Shown in pieces: positions 36,606-49,410 of a DNA stretch of 54,130 nt. Within the stretch, counting starts at the first letter, position 1. Each line of letters opens with the position of its first letter. The DNA comes from Nemertoderma westbladi (Eukaryota; Animalia; Xenacoelomorpha), in assembly GCA_032718475.1 (NCBI GenBank), contig JAUCBJ010001506.1:1-54130 (forward strand), given 5' to 3'. The notes below the pieces were generated by a model. It ran no database searches and was not told the DNA's origin. It worked only from the letters and a program-made list of their open reading frames with translations. The position numbers were made by a program, and so were the translations under genes.

Positions 36606-38978
36606 CGAATACATTGCCAAAAGGGATTATTTATTCAATAAACATTACTTGAGATAATAAATGAGAATTATTTATTTATTACCTCGCTTTTTTATGAAAT
36701 TGTATTATTTATGCTTGCAGTGATTTCGGTGGCCCTTTTACTGTGCCAGTTTACCCCATTTGGCCCGCGGGAGGTCATTTTATAAATTTTCTTGTAATGC
36801 ATCTTGCATCTGAATCTTTGGACATGTTTGTTGGGAAAATCTAACAGCGCAAACGGCAATTATTATTAATTATATAAATATGTTGTTTTCGTGAGCTGTA
36901 TCCGCACCCGCATCTCGAAAATATTCCGTGTTAAAAATTTTCTCAAAGTTTTATGGCTGCTAAAATTAATTTATTTGAGGTATACAGTATATCGAAGGTA
37001 ACAAGCCAAAAGGGTATTTATGCTTGCGGATTCCTGACAATATCCTACACTTTTTGGCGAAATATTAAACCCTGATTTGATTTTTGTGCAAAAATATAGC
37101 GTTTTCCGGCAATTTTTCGGGTGTAAAAGGCAATTTGTGTAAAATCATGTAAAGGAAATTAACTGTAGACCCTACTTAAAAAAAATTTACTAAAGGCAAA
37201 AGGGCATTGATGGTGCCATTATTGCCACCAACTTATATCGCTCAAGTACTATAGGATAGAACTGATAAAGAGCTTTCACCAGATAGGCCTACCCAATATA
37301 TTAAATTTAGTTGAACCAATAAAGACTTATAAAGTTTTTAGTGTCTCCTGAACAATTTTTTTATCGAATGTCTTTTTGCCTAATAAACGACGATGTAGGT
37401 TTATTGGATGATGATTACGAGTATAGAATTAAAATATAACATTCAAGAAAATTTCTGGTAATTTCTAATGTACCTGTTTCCTAGGGCACGAAAAAACAGT
37501 AGTGCAAAATATGATAATGAAAATCACCACCAAAAATCAATCTGATGTTATGACGTTAGTGGAGCAAATTGATCGCAAGTCAAAAGTGAATTCCAGCGCA
37601 AATTGGTTGCATACGAGAGATAGAGTTTTGTTTATTGTTTTGGTTAGACCGCCACTGCAACCTGCTCCTTTCCCTTAATGTTTTAAATTAAATTAATTTT
37701 TTAAACCCTATAAACTCAGTTGGTGATTGCGGTCATTTGCGCCATTAACACATCTGCCTAAACACCCCGGGGTTTTCCTGGTCGCTAATTCCATTTCCGA
37801 TGTTAGTTTTCACATCTGATGGACATCACAACAAACACGCAGTTTGTCTGTCCGACATTCGGTTGTTATATGATGACTGAGTACCGACAGGCATACAGAC
37901 AGACACACGACACCATCATATTTGAAAACTGACAATGGAAATTAAATGAAAGAACAAGGAAACCTGAGGGAATTTTTTTTAGTTAAATAGCTTGTGCTTT
38001 CGAAATTTTTGACAGAAAGACTTGACAATCAGACGGACCGACATCCATATCTCGAGAAGTAAAACAGATTTTGTTACTCTGTTTTCAGATTTAGAATCCT
38101 CATAAATATTCCCTCATGCTGCAGCAAATTTTGAAGTAAGCTAACATTAACTGGTTTAGCTGGCTATTACAGTCTCAGCTGAATAACTCTTCCCAATGCA
38201 TTCTTGCTATGTTAATTAATTGGCGTGCAAGCTCAATGACTGTTAGTTACACAGTGTGTTGGCTACTATTGATTGTACTGTGCTCTCTAGCTCTCATCTA
38301 ATTATTGTTTTATTTTCTTTGTGCCAATATTAATAAAGGTGGAGGCTGTATGTTGATAAGGCTGAATGTGTACTCGGCCTCATAATGATTCTCCATAAGG
38401 CTAACATTAATCGTTTGAAATATAAAAATCTGTTATAATAATAATATAATTGTTGTATTTAATTAATATCGTGGTTTACATTGAAGAGTGTAAATTGTTA
38501 ATCGCGGTTTACATTGAAACATTTCAACTTGTTTTATTTATTACAAAAATAAGAACGAATTTGTGTTATCACTTCTTGTGCGCGATTGCATTGAATTCAT
38601 GACAACTGCTGTTGTCACCCTTTACTCCCAGTTATCATCTAGTTATCCCCCATGGTTATAACTATTAGTTCTATGGGTAACCTGGCAACCCAGTTATCCA
38701 CCCATGGGAAGATAACTATTAGTTCTATGAGTAACATGGCAACCATTATTACATCAGGCCGCAGTTTCCAGAAACTCTTCTGTAGGTACAGTACCGGTAT
38801 CACCAATATTAGTGCTAGTTTCAGTTTGCATACCAGTATACCGGTATTGTCAGACGAGCAGACAGTAGGCACCAACCTTTTTCGTTAACAAAGGTTGTAT
38901 AAAAATTTACTAAAGTTATGTTCGCTTTAATCGGTTTGCATACCACCAGTTTTGCTCACTAATATGCTACTACAGTAA

Positions 38979-39824
38979 AGGCCGGTTTTGGCAACTTTTA
39001 GAGCAACCCAGGTTGCCGTTCAAGTTATTGCTCCATGTAAACACGAAGTTGCTGTAAAAAAAAAAGTTGCTGTAAAAGTTGCTTAAATTTGACGGCAACA
39101 TAAGACAATTTGAGTGGACGGATTAATGCGGAATAATCAAATTAAATTATTAGATGAAATCTGTTTTTGGGAAGAATTCCATGGTTGTTTATTGTTCACC
39201 CCCACTTTAATTATATTCTTATATCTATGTCTGACTCAACTATGCCTTTATTGTTGTTTTATATTCACTTATTATTATGTAATAGGCCCACAGTACCGGT
39301 ACTGGTATACAGTAGGCCCCTATATACCCTAGGCTTACCCATTCACATTGCCCATAACATACAGCCATATGCACATTGCCCATGCATATGTTTTGTTTAA
39401 AAAATTCGAATAATTCCTTTATGCTCCGAAATTGCGAACCACTATTGAGGTGTCGATGTTCCCTTGATATATTCGGGTTACAAACACTTCCATAAATGTA
39501 AATGACACCTTTAGCGAGTTCATTGTAGAGGGCCTATATAATTTGTATAGAATTTACAATTATGATAATGTAAAATAACGCGACAGAGGGAATCCGAAAT
39601 GTTACATAATATATTGGGAGGCTGTGTAATAATGTAATAATTGCCTAGTTTCTAAAGAGATAACTAACTATATTACATTAAATTCTCGACGTTGCTCAAA
39701 AAGTTGCCGGCCAAGTTGCTGGTAAAATTTCCACTTTTAAACTGCGAATAAATTACGTTGCTCCAAAAAAAGTTACTGGTTGCCGACAAAGTTACTCAAA
39801 AAGTTGCCACGTTTAAACCGGCCT
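38979..39824. mobile_element. PIF/Harbinger-like MITE, TAA target duplication
   Basis: TAA|AGGCCGGTTT-TGGCAACTTTTAGAGCAAC and GTTACTCAAAAAGTTGCCACGTTTAAACCGGCCT|TAA; internal AAGTTGC repeats. Confidence 0.7.
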
Positions 39825-40364
39825 TAATGGCTGACAAGCAGTTATCAGAATGTACCCACAATGATTACTCGTTTGTTGTTTTGGTTATTGTTGATAGTCA
39901 AGCACAAAACATAATTAAAACCGTGGTATCATGCGAGCGCGGTGAGAGTGTGCCGAGTGGCTGTGAAAATGCAATGCCGGTCACTCACAGCGTTTTGTTT
40001 TTGGATACAACGTTTCGAGAACGCGACAGGGAAATTTTCAGTAATATCTCAATTTTTGAATAAATTAACCCGCTATACCGCCACACCCTTTCCTTATGCC
40101 TTACGATACTAAAACTATACAAACTTAAACTTAAGTTAGGTTTGGATTATATAAATTAATATATTAATTATTATTCGAAGATCACCATACAATCAGTACA
40201 ATTGCTTTACAATTAGTTATCTTCCACGGATAAATAACTAATGTAAATGTTTATGATTGTACCCCCAAAATTTCCATGCCCCATTTTTATTCTTAGTCCC
40301 CCAAACAAAACCCTTTTAGAAATGTTGGGTTGGCAGAACCTATCCCGTGTGGAAATCCGGTGAC

Positions 40365-40513
40365 AACATATTTATCACCCAGTTATTTAGTTATTTTACG
40401 AGTTATTTATTCTCGGGGAGTTAACGAAACCCTCGGCTTCGCCTCGTGTTTGTTAACTGCCCTCGGATAATTAACTCGTAAAATAACTAAATAACTGGGT
40501 GATAAATAATGTT
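40365..40513. repeat. Palindromic element of about 150 bp centred on GGCTTCGCC
   Basis: ATTTATCACCCAGTTATTTAGTTATTTTACGAGTTA is mirrored by TAACTCGTAAAATAACTAAATAACTGGGTGATAAAT. Confidence 0.85.
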
Positions 40514-40725
40514 ATTATTATTAATCAATTGACACCTCGACTCCTCTCTGAGACTCCGACTACTCTATCCGATAGAACAAAATAATCATTTCGCTGACAG
40601 CTCTCTATCTTCTATAATCACAACAGCTTTTATAATTCATTAGATGATTACAACATAATAATTATAGTTTGAAGTTGTCTAGAAAATTTCTCGTACACCA
40701 CCGGGACTACCCTCACACTAATTGA

Positions 40726-41938
40726 TTATAACGAACCTGCCTATTAATAGGCCAGGGTAGTTCTTGTCAAGAGTTGAGCCGTTTAAAAACACGATGTGGT
40801 TGTGTGTGTGTGTGTATGTATAACCATCCAATATCTCAAAAACTCAAGCAGGTAAGCAAAAATTTTAATAACAAACTCTCCATAAATTTTGGTTGCGCAC
40901 AAGACTGTATATTTTTTGTGGCGTTTCGATCACGGGGTCACTGAAAAATAGCGGTTTTGAAAATTTAAAGTCGAATTTCACCATATTCGTCATCTGAGCA
41001 ACATATTTGAGCCTCAGAATCTTTTCAAATATCGCCTAACGAACCTGCCTATTAATAGGCCAGGGTAGTTCTTGTCAAGAGTTGAGCCGTTTAAAAACAC
41101 GATGTGGTTGTGTGTGTGTGTATGTATAACCATCCAATATCTCAAAAACTCAAGCAGGTAAGCAAAAATTTTAATAACAAACTCTCCATAAATTTTGGTT
41201 GCGCACAAGACTGTATATTTTTTGTGGCGTTTCGATCACGGGGTCACTGAAAAATAGCGGTTTTGAAAATTTAAAGTCGAATTTCACCGATTTCAACTCG
41301 TCGAGTTGGCACCAACTTTTTTATTTGAGATATTCAGTCATCTGAGCAACATATTTGAGCCTCAGAATCTTTTCAAATATCGCCAATCTCGCACAGAACG
41401 TCGCCAAAATTTGTTAGTCCGGCAAAAAAACGCACAAATTCGTCTAAAAGAGTAAATTATTTAGTTGCGGAATAATATGATTCAACTAGAAAAGCCAGCC
41501 AGCTGGCTGTAAGGAGACCGTCCATATAGACAAACGTAGTGTTAGTTGTGTCCCTCCTCATTCATTATCATCAACTCCCTCCCACCTAACATAGCAGTGA
41601 GTAACCTTATAGACTATTGTCATAGGATTCACTGGGAAGAGGTATTCATCTGGTGGGGTAATACATTATACAAACTTACAGTTGATGTTTGATTACTGTC
41701 TGGGTTACAGGGTTAGAGTGAGATAGTAATCAATTTAGCAAGTAATATACTTCTCTGCAGTTTGGGCTATCCATTCAATAAATAGTAGTAGCTTACTAGG
41801 CCCACATGAGTACCAGCAGCTGGTGTTTCTATCGTTGAGTTGAAGGCAATTATCGTGTTTTCATTTTCGCTCACTCAGGGTACTGCGGTACTGGTTTGAG
41901 GGGCAGGTTCATTTAAAGCCAGCTTGCTGGCTTTCTAG
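40726..41938 (+). mobile_element. Helentron-associated/DINE-1-like non-autonomous element, with an internal 308-bp duplication
   Basis: 5' TTATAACGAACCTGCC, (GT)n/GTAT microsatellite, 3' sub-terminal inverted copy GGCAGGTTCAT, hairpin AAAGCCAGC...CTGGCTTT and CTAG|T. The 5' block is repeated at 41037. Confidence 0.65.
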
Positions 41939-42219
41939 TCAGACAGAACAAAAAGCTTTTACTTGACTCGTACTGTCTTCTACGACTTGCTTCACGGGCC
42001 GCCGCTAGGCCCGTCTCTAGTTTACAGAATTGGAAATCCTACACGTAATGTTAATATTTACTTGGTTTATAACGAACCTGCCTGCATAGACGGGTGAGTA
42101 TTTTGTCAAAACTTTGTATCTCATTATCAATCTATATATGTTTCAATGTTTGTATGTATCCATCTGCCAAAAATCAGCAGTCTGTTACTCGCACATTTTC
42201 GGAACTTCGCATAGTTATA

Positions 42220-42570
42220 AGGTCGTCAGTCTGCGCTTAGGAAAAATATTTTATGACAAAACAGGGCGAGCGCAACGAGCCTTATAAATGAAGAGTACTG
42301 CGTTGACTATATTTTTATTAAACCATCTGGCTTCGCATATTGAACGCTTCCCTAGTTAATATTATAATAAAGATCGTCAGTTTGCGTTTAGGAAATATAA
42401 TTACATACAAAACAGGACGAGCACAACGAGGCTTATAATGAAGACGAGTACTGATTTGACTATATACTCCTATAAACCACCTGGCTTCGCATATTCAACG
42501 CATTGATAGTTAGAAAGATCGTCAGTATGCGTTTAGAAAATATATTTAAATCAAAACAGGATGAGCACAA
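42220..42570 (+). repeat. About 143-bp satellite monomers, left part of the array
   Basis: AAACAGGACGAGCGCAACGAGGCTTATAATGAAGACGAGTACTG-type units; same family as 44105-44740. Confidence 0.85.
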
Positions 42571-42584
42571 CCAATTCGAATTTA

Positions 42585-43880
42585 AGCCTCATGCGAATTT
42601 AGTTCCAATGGAAACGAATTTAGTTCCAATTTTGGCGAACTTAGTTCCAATTTAGGCGAACTTAGTTCCAATAACTAGAGAAAAACGAATTTAGTTTCAA
42701 TGCATGCGAACTTAGTTCCAATGGATGCGAAGTTAGTTCCAATGGATGCGAACTTAGTTCCAATGGATGCGAATTTAGTTCCAATGGAAGCTAATTTCGT
42801 TCCAATGTTTCAGGTGTGAGGCGAGCCACGTAGTTGGCGAATCAGTTTAAAGCCAGTATTAGGTGGATGGGTAAATAATAATTGTAAATAACTAAGAGAA
42901 AAACGAATTTAGTTTCAATGCATGCGAACTTAGTTCCAATGGATGCGAAGTTAGTTCCAATGGATGCGAACTTAGTTCCAATGGATGCGAATTTAGTTCC
43001 AATGGAAGCTAATTTCGTTCCAATGTTTCAGGTGTGAGGCGAGCCACGTAGTTGGCGAATCAGTTTAAAGCCAGTATTAGGTGGATGGGTAAATAATAAT
43101 TGTAAATAACTAACCCAAACAACTCAATTCAAAACAAAAAAACAATTCAATTCAATTATATTTAATCATTTAAAATGATATTCATAGTAAAAAACAACGC
43201 CCAAGCTCTTAACCCAAACAACGCCCAACCTCTTATCCCAAACAACTGCTATTGTATTTGGTGTGAAAATGGCACAATATGCATGACGCATAATACTACA
43301 GACTCAGTCAGTCAGTCAATATCAGTATACTCGTGATTAATAAATATTTCAAAACGTGTAATTATACTTTTAATGCATTAATAATAATTAGTTTTTAAAA
43401 AATGAGAAGGGTTTTACAATTATTTGCAATTATTGTTGACCCTGACCCACTCCCAAATAGTGGCAATACGCAAAGGCTTCGCCTACTACGTGGCTTGCCT
43501 CACGATTGAAACATTGGAACTAAATTCGCTTGCATTGGAACTAAGTTCGCATCCATTGGAACTAAGTTCGTTTTGATATTCTGGGATTGGAACTAAGTTC
43601 TCCTCGATTGGCACTAAGTTCGCTTCGATAAATTTATTTTGGAACTAAATTCGTTTCAATTGGAACTAAGTTCGCATACATTGGAACTAAATTCGCATCC
43701 ATAGGAACTAAGTTCGTTTTGATATTCTGGGATTGGAACTAAGTTCGCCTCGATTGGAACTAAGTTCGCCTCGATTGGAACTAATTTTGCGTTATAAAAT
43801 TTATTTTGGAACTAAATTCGTTTCAATTGGAACTAATTTCGCCTTTGAAAATGTGCGATTGGAACTAAGTTCGTGCTACC
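42585..43880. mobile_element. Foldback-type element with inverted arrays of GCGAA(C/T)TTAGTTCCAAT, copy 1
   Basis: The left arm carries GCGAACTTAGTTCCAAT units and the right arm their reverse complement ATTGGAACTAAGTTCGC; internal duplication of about 218 bp (42671/42889); no clean TSD found. Confidence 0.7.
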
Positions 43881-44104
43881 ATTTTTACAGTTGATTTATC
43901 ATTGTCAGTTGATTGTAATTTTTTAACGTTAAAAATACAATAAATTTTGACGATCCAAATTACTACCGTTTAAAATTAACATTATTATTAACGTTAAAAG
44001 GGCGGCCAAACTAGGTTATATGTATTTTTTACGTTAAATTAACGTTGGAATTGTCAGAAAATAGCGCATTTTAATGCATCATTAATGTTAAGTTGTTTGC
44101 GGGG

Positions 44105-44740
44105 GCGCAACGAGGCTTATAATGAAGACGAGTACTGCGTTTATTATATTCCTATAAACCACCTGGCTTCTCATATTGAACGCATTGATAGTTATAAAGA
44201 TCGTCAGTATGCGTTTAGGAAATATATTTAAATACAAAACAGGACGAGCGCAACGAGGCTTATAATGAAGACGAGTACTGCGTTTATTATATTCCTATAA
44301 ACCACCTGACTTCGTATATTGAACGCATCGATAGTTATAAAGATCGTCAGTCAGCGTTTAGAATACATAATAAATACAAAACAGGACGAGCGCAACGAGG
44401 CTTATAATGAAGACGAGTACTGCGTTTATTATATTCCTATAAACCACCTGGCTTCTCATATTGAACGCATTGATAGTTATAAAGATCGTCAGTATGCGTT
44501 TAGGAAATATATAAAAATACAAAACAGGACGAGCGCAACGAGGCTTATAATGAAGACGAGTACTGCGTTTATTATATTCCTATAAACCACCTGGCTTCGC
44601 ATATTGAACGCATTGATAGTTATAAAGATCGTCAGTATGCGTTTAGGAAATATATTTAAATACAAACAGGACGAGCGCAACGAGGCTTATAATGAAGACG
44701 AGTACTTGCGTTGATTATATTACTATAAACCACCTGGTTT
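44105..44740 (+). repeat. 142-143-bp satellite, about 4.5 copies
   Basis: GCGCAACGAGGCTTATAATG recurs at 44105, 44248, 44390, 44533 and 44675. Confidence 0.93.
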
Positions 44741-44900
44741 TGAATATTAGGCCTGTTGAACACAATATACCACGTTTTGTTCAGTACCGGTAGTGAAATG
44801 CTGTAAGCCACATCTTATTTATATTATGGTTTAAGAAACAACTCTTTCAATTAATAAACGGCTACTACGTCCGTGGATTCCCCGTAATTAGTTAAAATTG

Positions 44901-47352
44901 AAGCCTCATCCGAATTTAGTTCCAATGGAAACGAATTCAGTTCCAATTTTGGAGAATTAATTTCCAACTTAGGCAAACTTATTTAAAATAACAAGAAAAA
45001 TTCAAGAAAAATGCAAGCGAATTTTGCCCCAATGTTTCAGTTGTGGGGCGAGCCACGTAGTTGGCGAAGAATCTGTTTAATGCCACATTAGGGGATGGGT
45101 AAATAATAATTGTAAATAACATATTGTAATAATAATATAATAAAAATAATAATAATAATAATATATTTATATTGATAATTTAAAATTGTAGATAAATGGC
45201 ATAAACGTGTAACACGTGTTAACGTTATGCCTACCCACAAGATTAAACATAAACACGGCACTAAATATTTTTGATTGGTTCTATGAAGTTGCACCCTTAT
45301 TTTCGCCTAGACCTATTCATACAAATTGACCGTAACCTCTCTTGACCCGTAAAATCCTTATCGTTCCGAGGACCCAAACCCCATTTTAGTACCATACAAT
45401 TTAGGCACCCTTTACCGTATCAGATGTAGCATAAACTAAATTTTACACTACTGGTACCTAAAGACATACTGAATACTGTACTATATTTCTACAAAGGCTT
45501 CGCCTACTAATGCTGTTGAACCAAATTCGCTCCCACTGGAAACCAAATTCGTTTTGATATTCTGGGATAGGATTGGAACCATAAGTTCGCTTGATAAAAT
45601 TTATTTTGGAACTATATTCGTATCAATTGGAACCAAGTACGCTTTATAAAATTTATTTTGGAACTAAATTCGTATCAATTGGATCCAAGTACACTTTATA
45701 AAATTTATTATTTTATATTATATTACTAATTTCGTATCAATTGGTCAGCCACCAAATATCGAGGTCAGCCCTACAAAGAAAATATATGACAAGACACTAC
45801 CTATAGAAACAGGGGACTTCACACCTGCTGATCTCCAAAGAAGCATTAAAAGCATGTCCAATAATAAAGCGAGTGGATTAGATGAAATCCCAGCGGAGGT
45901 ATGGAAAACCGGAGTGCTAAACAGACCATTATTGAATGTTTGCAACCGGATGTTAAAAGGGGAAAAGCCACCACCAATTTGGACTAAAGGTCAACTAAAG
46001 CCTCTCCCCAAGAAAGGAGACCTCGGCATACCAACAAACTATCGTGGGATCTGTCTGCTTGTGGTAGCTGCCAAAATATACAATAAAATGATTCTATATA
46101 GGATTAGGCCTCACATAGAGAAACTACTGCGTCTCACCAGATGGTGAAACTGAGTTTTCTCAATCCGGGCTGGCGTACTGCAAGGTGACACATTAGCACC
46201 ATTACTATTTGTAATTGTGCTGGATTACGCAATGAGGACGGCCACAAAGGGTGAAGATCTGGGATTCACACTTCAAGAACGCAGAAGTAGTAGATATCCG
46301 GCAACTACAGTCACAGACACCGACTTTGCGGATGACATCGCCCTGCTCTCTAATACGCTAGCAGATGCCCAGCTTCTACTAAATAAAGTGGAGAGGGCTG
46401 GTAAGGAGGTTTTATTGCATATAAATGCTACAAAGACCGAATTCATGACCTTTAATGTTGATGGAAACTTGACAACCATTGATAATAATCAACTAAGGAA
46501 TGTCGATGACTTCCAGTACCTTGGATAATGGATAGAGAGTAGCAAAAAGGACATAGAAGTTAGGAAAGCAAAGGCTTGGGTAGCTCTATCAAAAATGGAT
46601 ACCATCTGGAAATCAGATCTCTCCAGGCACCTGAAGACTAAGTTCTTTCGAGCCACAGTGGAAAGTGTATTTTTATACGGGGGTGAGACCTGGACACTGA
46701 CTAAAACACTTGAACAACGAATTGATGGTTGCTACACAAGACTACTAAGGGCAGCCCTAAACATCAGCTGGAGACAACACATGACAAATGCGGAACTTTA
46801 TGGTACAATACCACCTGTATCAACCACCCCCCGTGAACGCAGATTAAGATTCAGTGGGCACTGCTGGCGAAGTAAAGACGAGGTCATACCAGATCTACTT
46901 CTCTGGCAACCAACTCATGGAAGCGTAGTCGTGGACGACCGGCCATAACATATATAGATAAACTTGAAAGGGATACTGAACTTGGGAGAAACGAAATTGC
47001 GACAACTATGGAGAATCGGGAAGCCTGGAAGGATCTCATTTCCACTGTCCGAGTTCGCTCGACCTAGTAGTAGTAGTATCAATTGGATCAAAGTACGCTT
47101 TATAAGATTTATTTTGGAACTAAATTCGTATCAATTGGAACCAAGTACGCTTTAAAAAATTTATTTTGGAACTAAATTCGTATCTATTGGAACCAAGTAC
47201 GCTTTATAAAATTGATTTTGGAACTAAATTCGTATCAATTGGAACCAAGTACACTTTATAAATTTTATCTTGAAACTAAATTCGTTTCAATTGGAATTAA
47301 GTTCGCCTTTGACTGTTTGAAAATGTGCGATTGGAACTAAGTTCATGGTACC
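44901..47352. mobile_element. Foldback-type GAA(C/T)TTAGTTCCAAT element, copy 2, interrupted by an RTE LINE
   Basis: Same start (AAGCCTCAT.CGAATTTAGTTCCAATGGAAACG) and end (GAAAATGTGCGATTGGAACTAAGTTC....ACC) as 42585-43880. Confidence 0.7.
45745..47075 (+). mobile_element. RTE-clade LINE, 5'-truncated and internally deleted, (TAG)n tail, 11-bp TSD
   Basis: KASGLDEIPAEVWK, PKKGDL..PTNYRGICL, GVLQGDTLAPLLF, DTDFADDIALL, DDFQYLG, FFRATVESVFLYGGETW and RRLRFSGHCWR; TSD GTATCAATTGG at 45734-45744 and 47076-47086. Confidence 0.93.
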
Positions 47353-47938
47353 CTTCCGTGGGTGGTAGATGTCGCGGTTTTGTACTGGTGGGCGGGAAGG
47401 GGGGGGGGGGGGGCAGGTTCGTTTCACGCTGCTCTAGCAGCGCTTCTAGTTAACGAAACGAAACGCTAACAAATCACAAATCTCTGGTAAGAGCATGGTT
47501 AGTGCCATGAGGTTGCCAGGAAACAAATACGAGATCGATAATAATTAATTCGTGTGCGCCATCGTGAGTTTCAAAATAACATTTCAGTAAGTGCCAGTAT
47601 TAATTATTAATTCACTGCTAAGTTTAGCACAGCTAAATACTACTCTTCATAGTCACATATTAATTATATACGAAACTCAACAAATTGTACTCAAACAAGA
47701 TACGAGCGGCCTCTTCTAGGCTACCTTCTACTACTATAATACACAGACTGTTAATAATATAATAAGGCACAATAATATACGTGTACTGTAGCGCGGGGTC
47801 ATAAAAATAGGATTAACTAAACTAGACTGTTGCACTCCTGTCTTATATTTACAACTTACAATTATTATTAAACCTACCCGTATAAAAAATCAAATTGCGC
47901 CCCATATAGATCGAGTTAGTTAGTAAGTTACTATAATA

Positions 47939-48025
47939 TACAGTACTACTGCCTACAGTACTACTGCCTACAGTACTACTGCCTACAGTACTACTGCCTA
48001 CTACTACTGCCTACAGTACTACTGC
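47939..48025. repeat. 15-bp minisatellite (TACAGTACTACTGCC)n
   Basis: About 5-6 tandem units visible. Confidence 0.9.
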
Positions 48026-48154
48026 ATGGTTAGGCCTACAGTATCTATTTATTAAGCCTTTCAAGGATTCAAGCATCAATAAAACCAATCCCTTAATATA
48101 TAACCAGGAAGAAGATATAATGAAAAATACGGAACTTGTCAAGTGAACCACATG

Positions 48155-48389
48155 ATGTAGAGTATAGCAGCTACATAAATAGCATTGTGTAGCAAGGCAC
48201 CAAACGCAACCTATGTAGAGTATAGCAGCTACATAAATAGCATTGTGTAGCAAGGCACCAAACGCAACCTATGTAGAGTATAGCAGCTACATAAATAGCA
48301 TTGTGTAGCAAGGCACCAAACGCAACCTATGTAGAGTATAGCAGCTACATAAATAGCATTGTGTAGCAAGGCACCAAACGCAACCTATG
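48155..48389. repeat. 58-bp tandem repeat, four identical copies
   Basis: ATGTAGAGTATAGCAGCTACATAAATAGCATTGTGTAGCAAGGCACCAAACGCAACCT at 48155, 48213, 48271 and 48329. Confidence 0.95.
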
Positions 48390-48961
48390 ACACTTAACAA
48401 TAATATATAATAAATAATATAATATTAACTCAGTACTGCCTATGCCTAACATTTAGTGGCAACACCAACTAGGCCAACCATCAACCATTTAATACATAGA
48501 GGCGCAAAACCTATGAAATAAAAATAACAAATTGTGTTTTATTGATGACCGATTTGTATCTCTCTCGGATAATATTCAAGTTATCAAATTAAACTAACGA
48601 AAAAAGAAAGTGAAAGAATAAAAAGTGTATTATTTAAGTGCATTTATTTCCCCTTAGCATAATAGGCCTAACTCTACTTCCTAAAACATTCTGAATCATG
48701 AAATAAGTATAAAAAAGGCACACCAAAATATCAACAACTCCAATCTACACAAAACGTCAATACAAAATGTGAGAACGATAAAATAGTTAAAGAGTACAAA
48801 CATAATATTAGTAAAATTCGAATAAGTATATAGTATTGTATGACTGGATTTATTATTATTAAGTTCCAGCTAAGGTGATATTTATTAGGCGGTAAGCCTT
48901 AATTTTTAGTCTATATTTTATTTTATTTAAGTAAAGACGGCTAAAAAAGTGATAATACACA

Positions 48962-49410
48962 TTCGGCTAAAAGTTGTCTTATGACATGAATGTAGGAAAA
49001 TTTATATAATTTATAGTACTTGCACAAACCCGCGATATTTAACTATTATTTAATTAAAATATTATAATTATTTTTAATTAACAAAAAGTGATGTTGATGG
49101 TATTATTCTTCGACTAGAAATAATATAAATATAATTTCACTAACTCATTAATCACTGTAGTTTTATAACGAACCGCCTCAAATAGTTCGGCTAAAAGTTG
49201 TCTTATGACATGAATGTAGGAAAATTTATATAATTTATAGTACTTGCACAAACCCGCGATATTTAACTATTATTTAATTAAAATATTATAATTATTTTTA
49301 ATTAACAAAATGTGATGTTGATGGTATTATTCTTCGACTAGAAATAATATAAATATAATTTCACTAACTCATTAATCACTGTTGTTTTATAACAAACCGC
49401 CTCAAATAGT
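48962..49410. repeat. 224-bp near-identical tandem duplication
   Basis: TTCGGCTAAAAGTTGTCTTATG... at 48962 and 49186, with a few substitutions. Confidence 0.92.

Larger units (their letters stand above)
42067..47449 (+). mobile_element. Second Helentron/DINE-like element with an internal satellite and nested insertions
   Basis: 5' TTATAACGAACCTGCC; 3' GGCAGGTTCGTT, hairpin CGCTGCT-CT-AGCAGCG and CTAG|TT. Pairing the two ends across 5.4 kb is inferred. Confidence 0.55.

Noticed and set aside
42590-43880. Short repeats with variable spacers resembling a CRISPR array
   Set aside because: Spacers are only a few nucleotides, the arrays are inverted between two arms, the context is eukaryotic and there are no cas genes; these are foldback sub-terminal repeats.
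44319-44680. ORFs within the 143-bp array
   Set aside because: Translations of the satellite, with no consistent frame between monomers.
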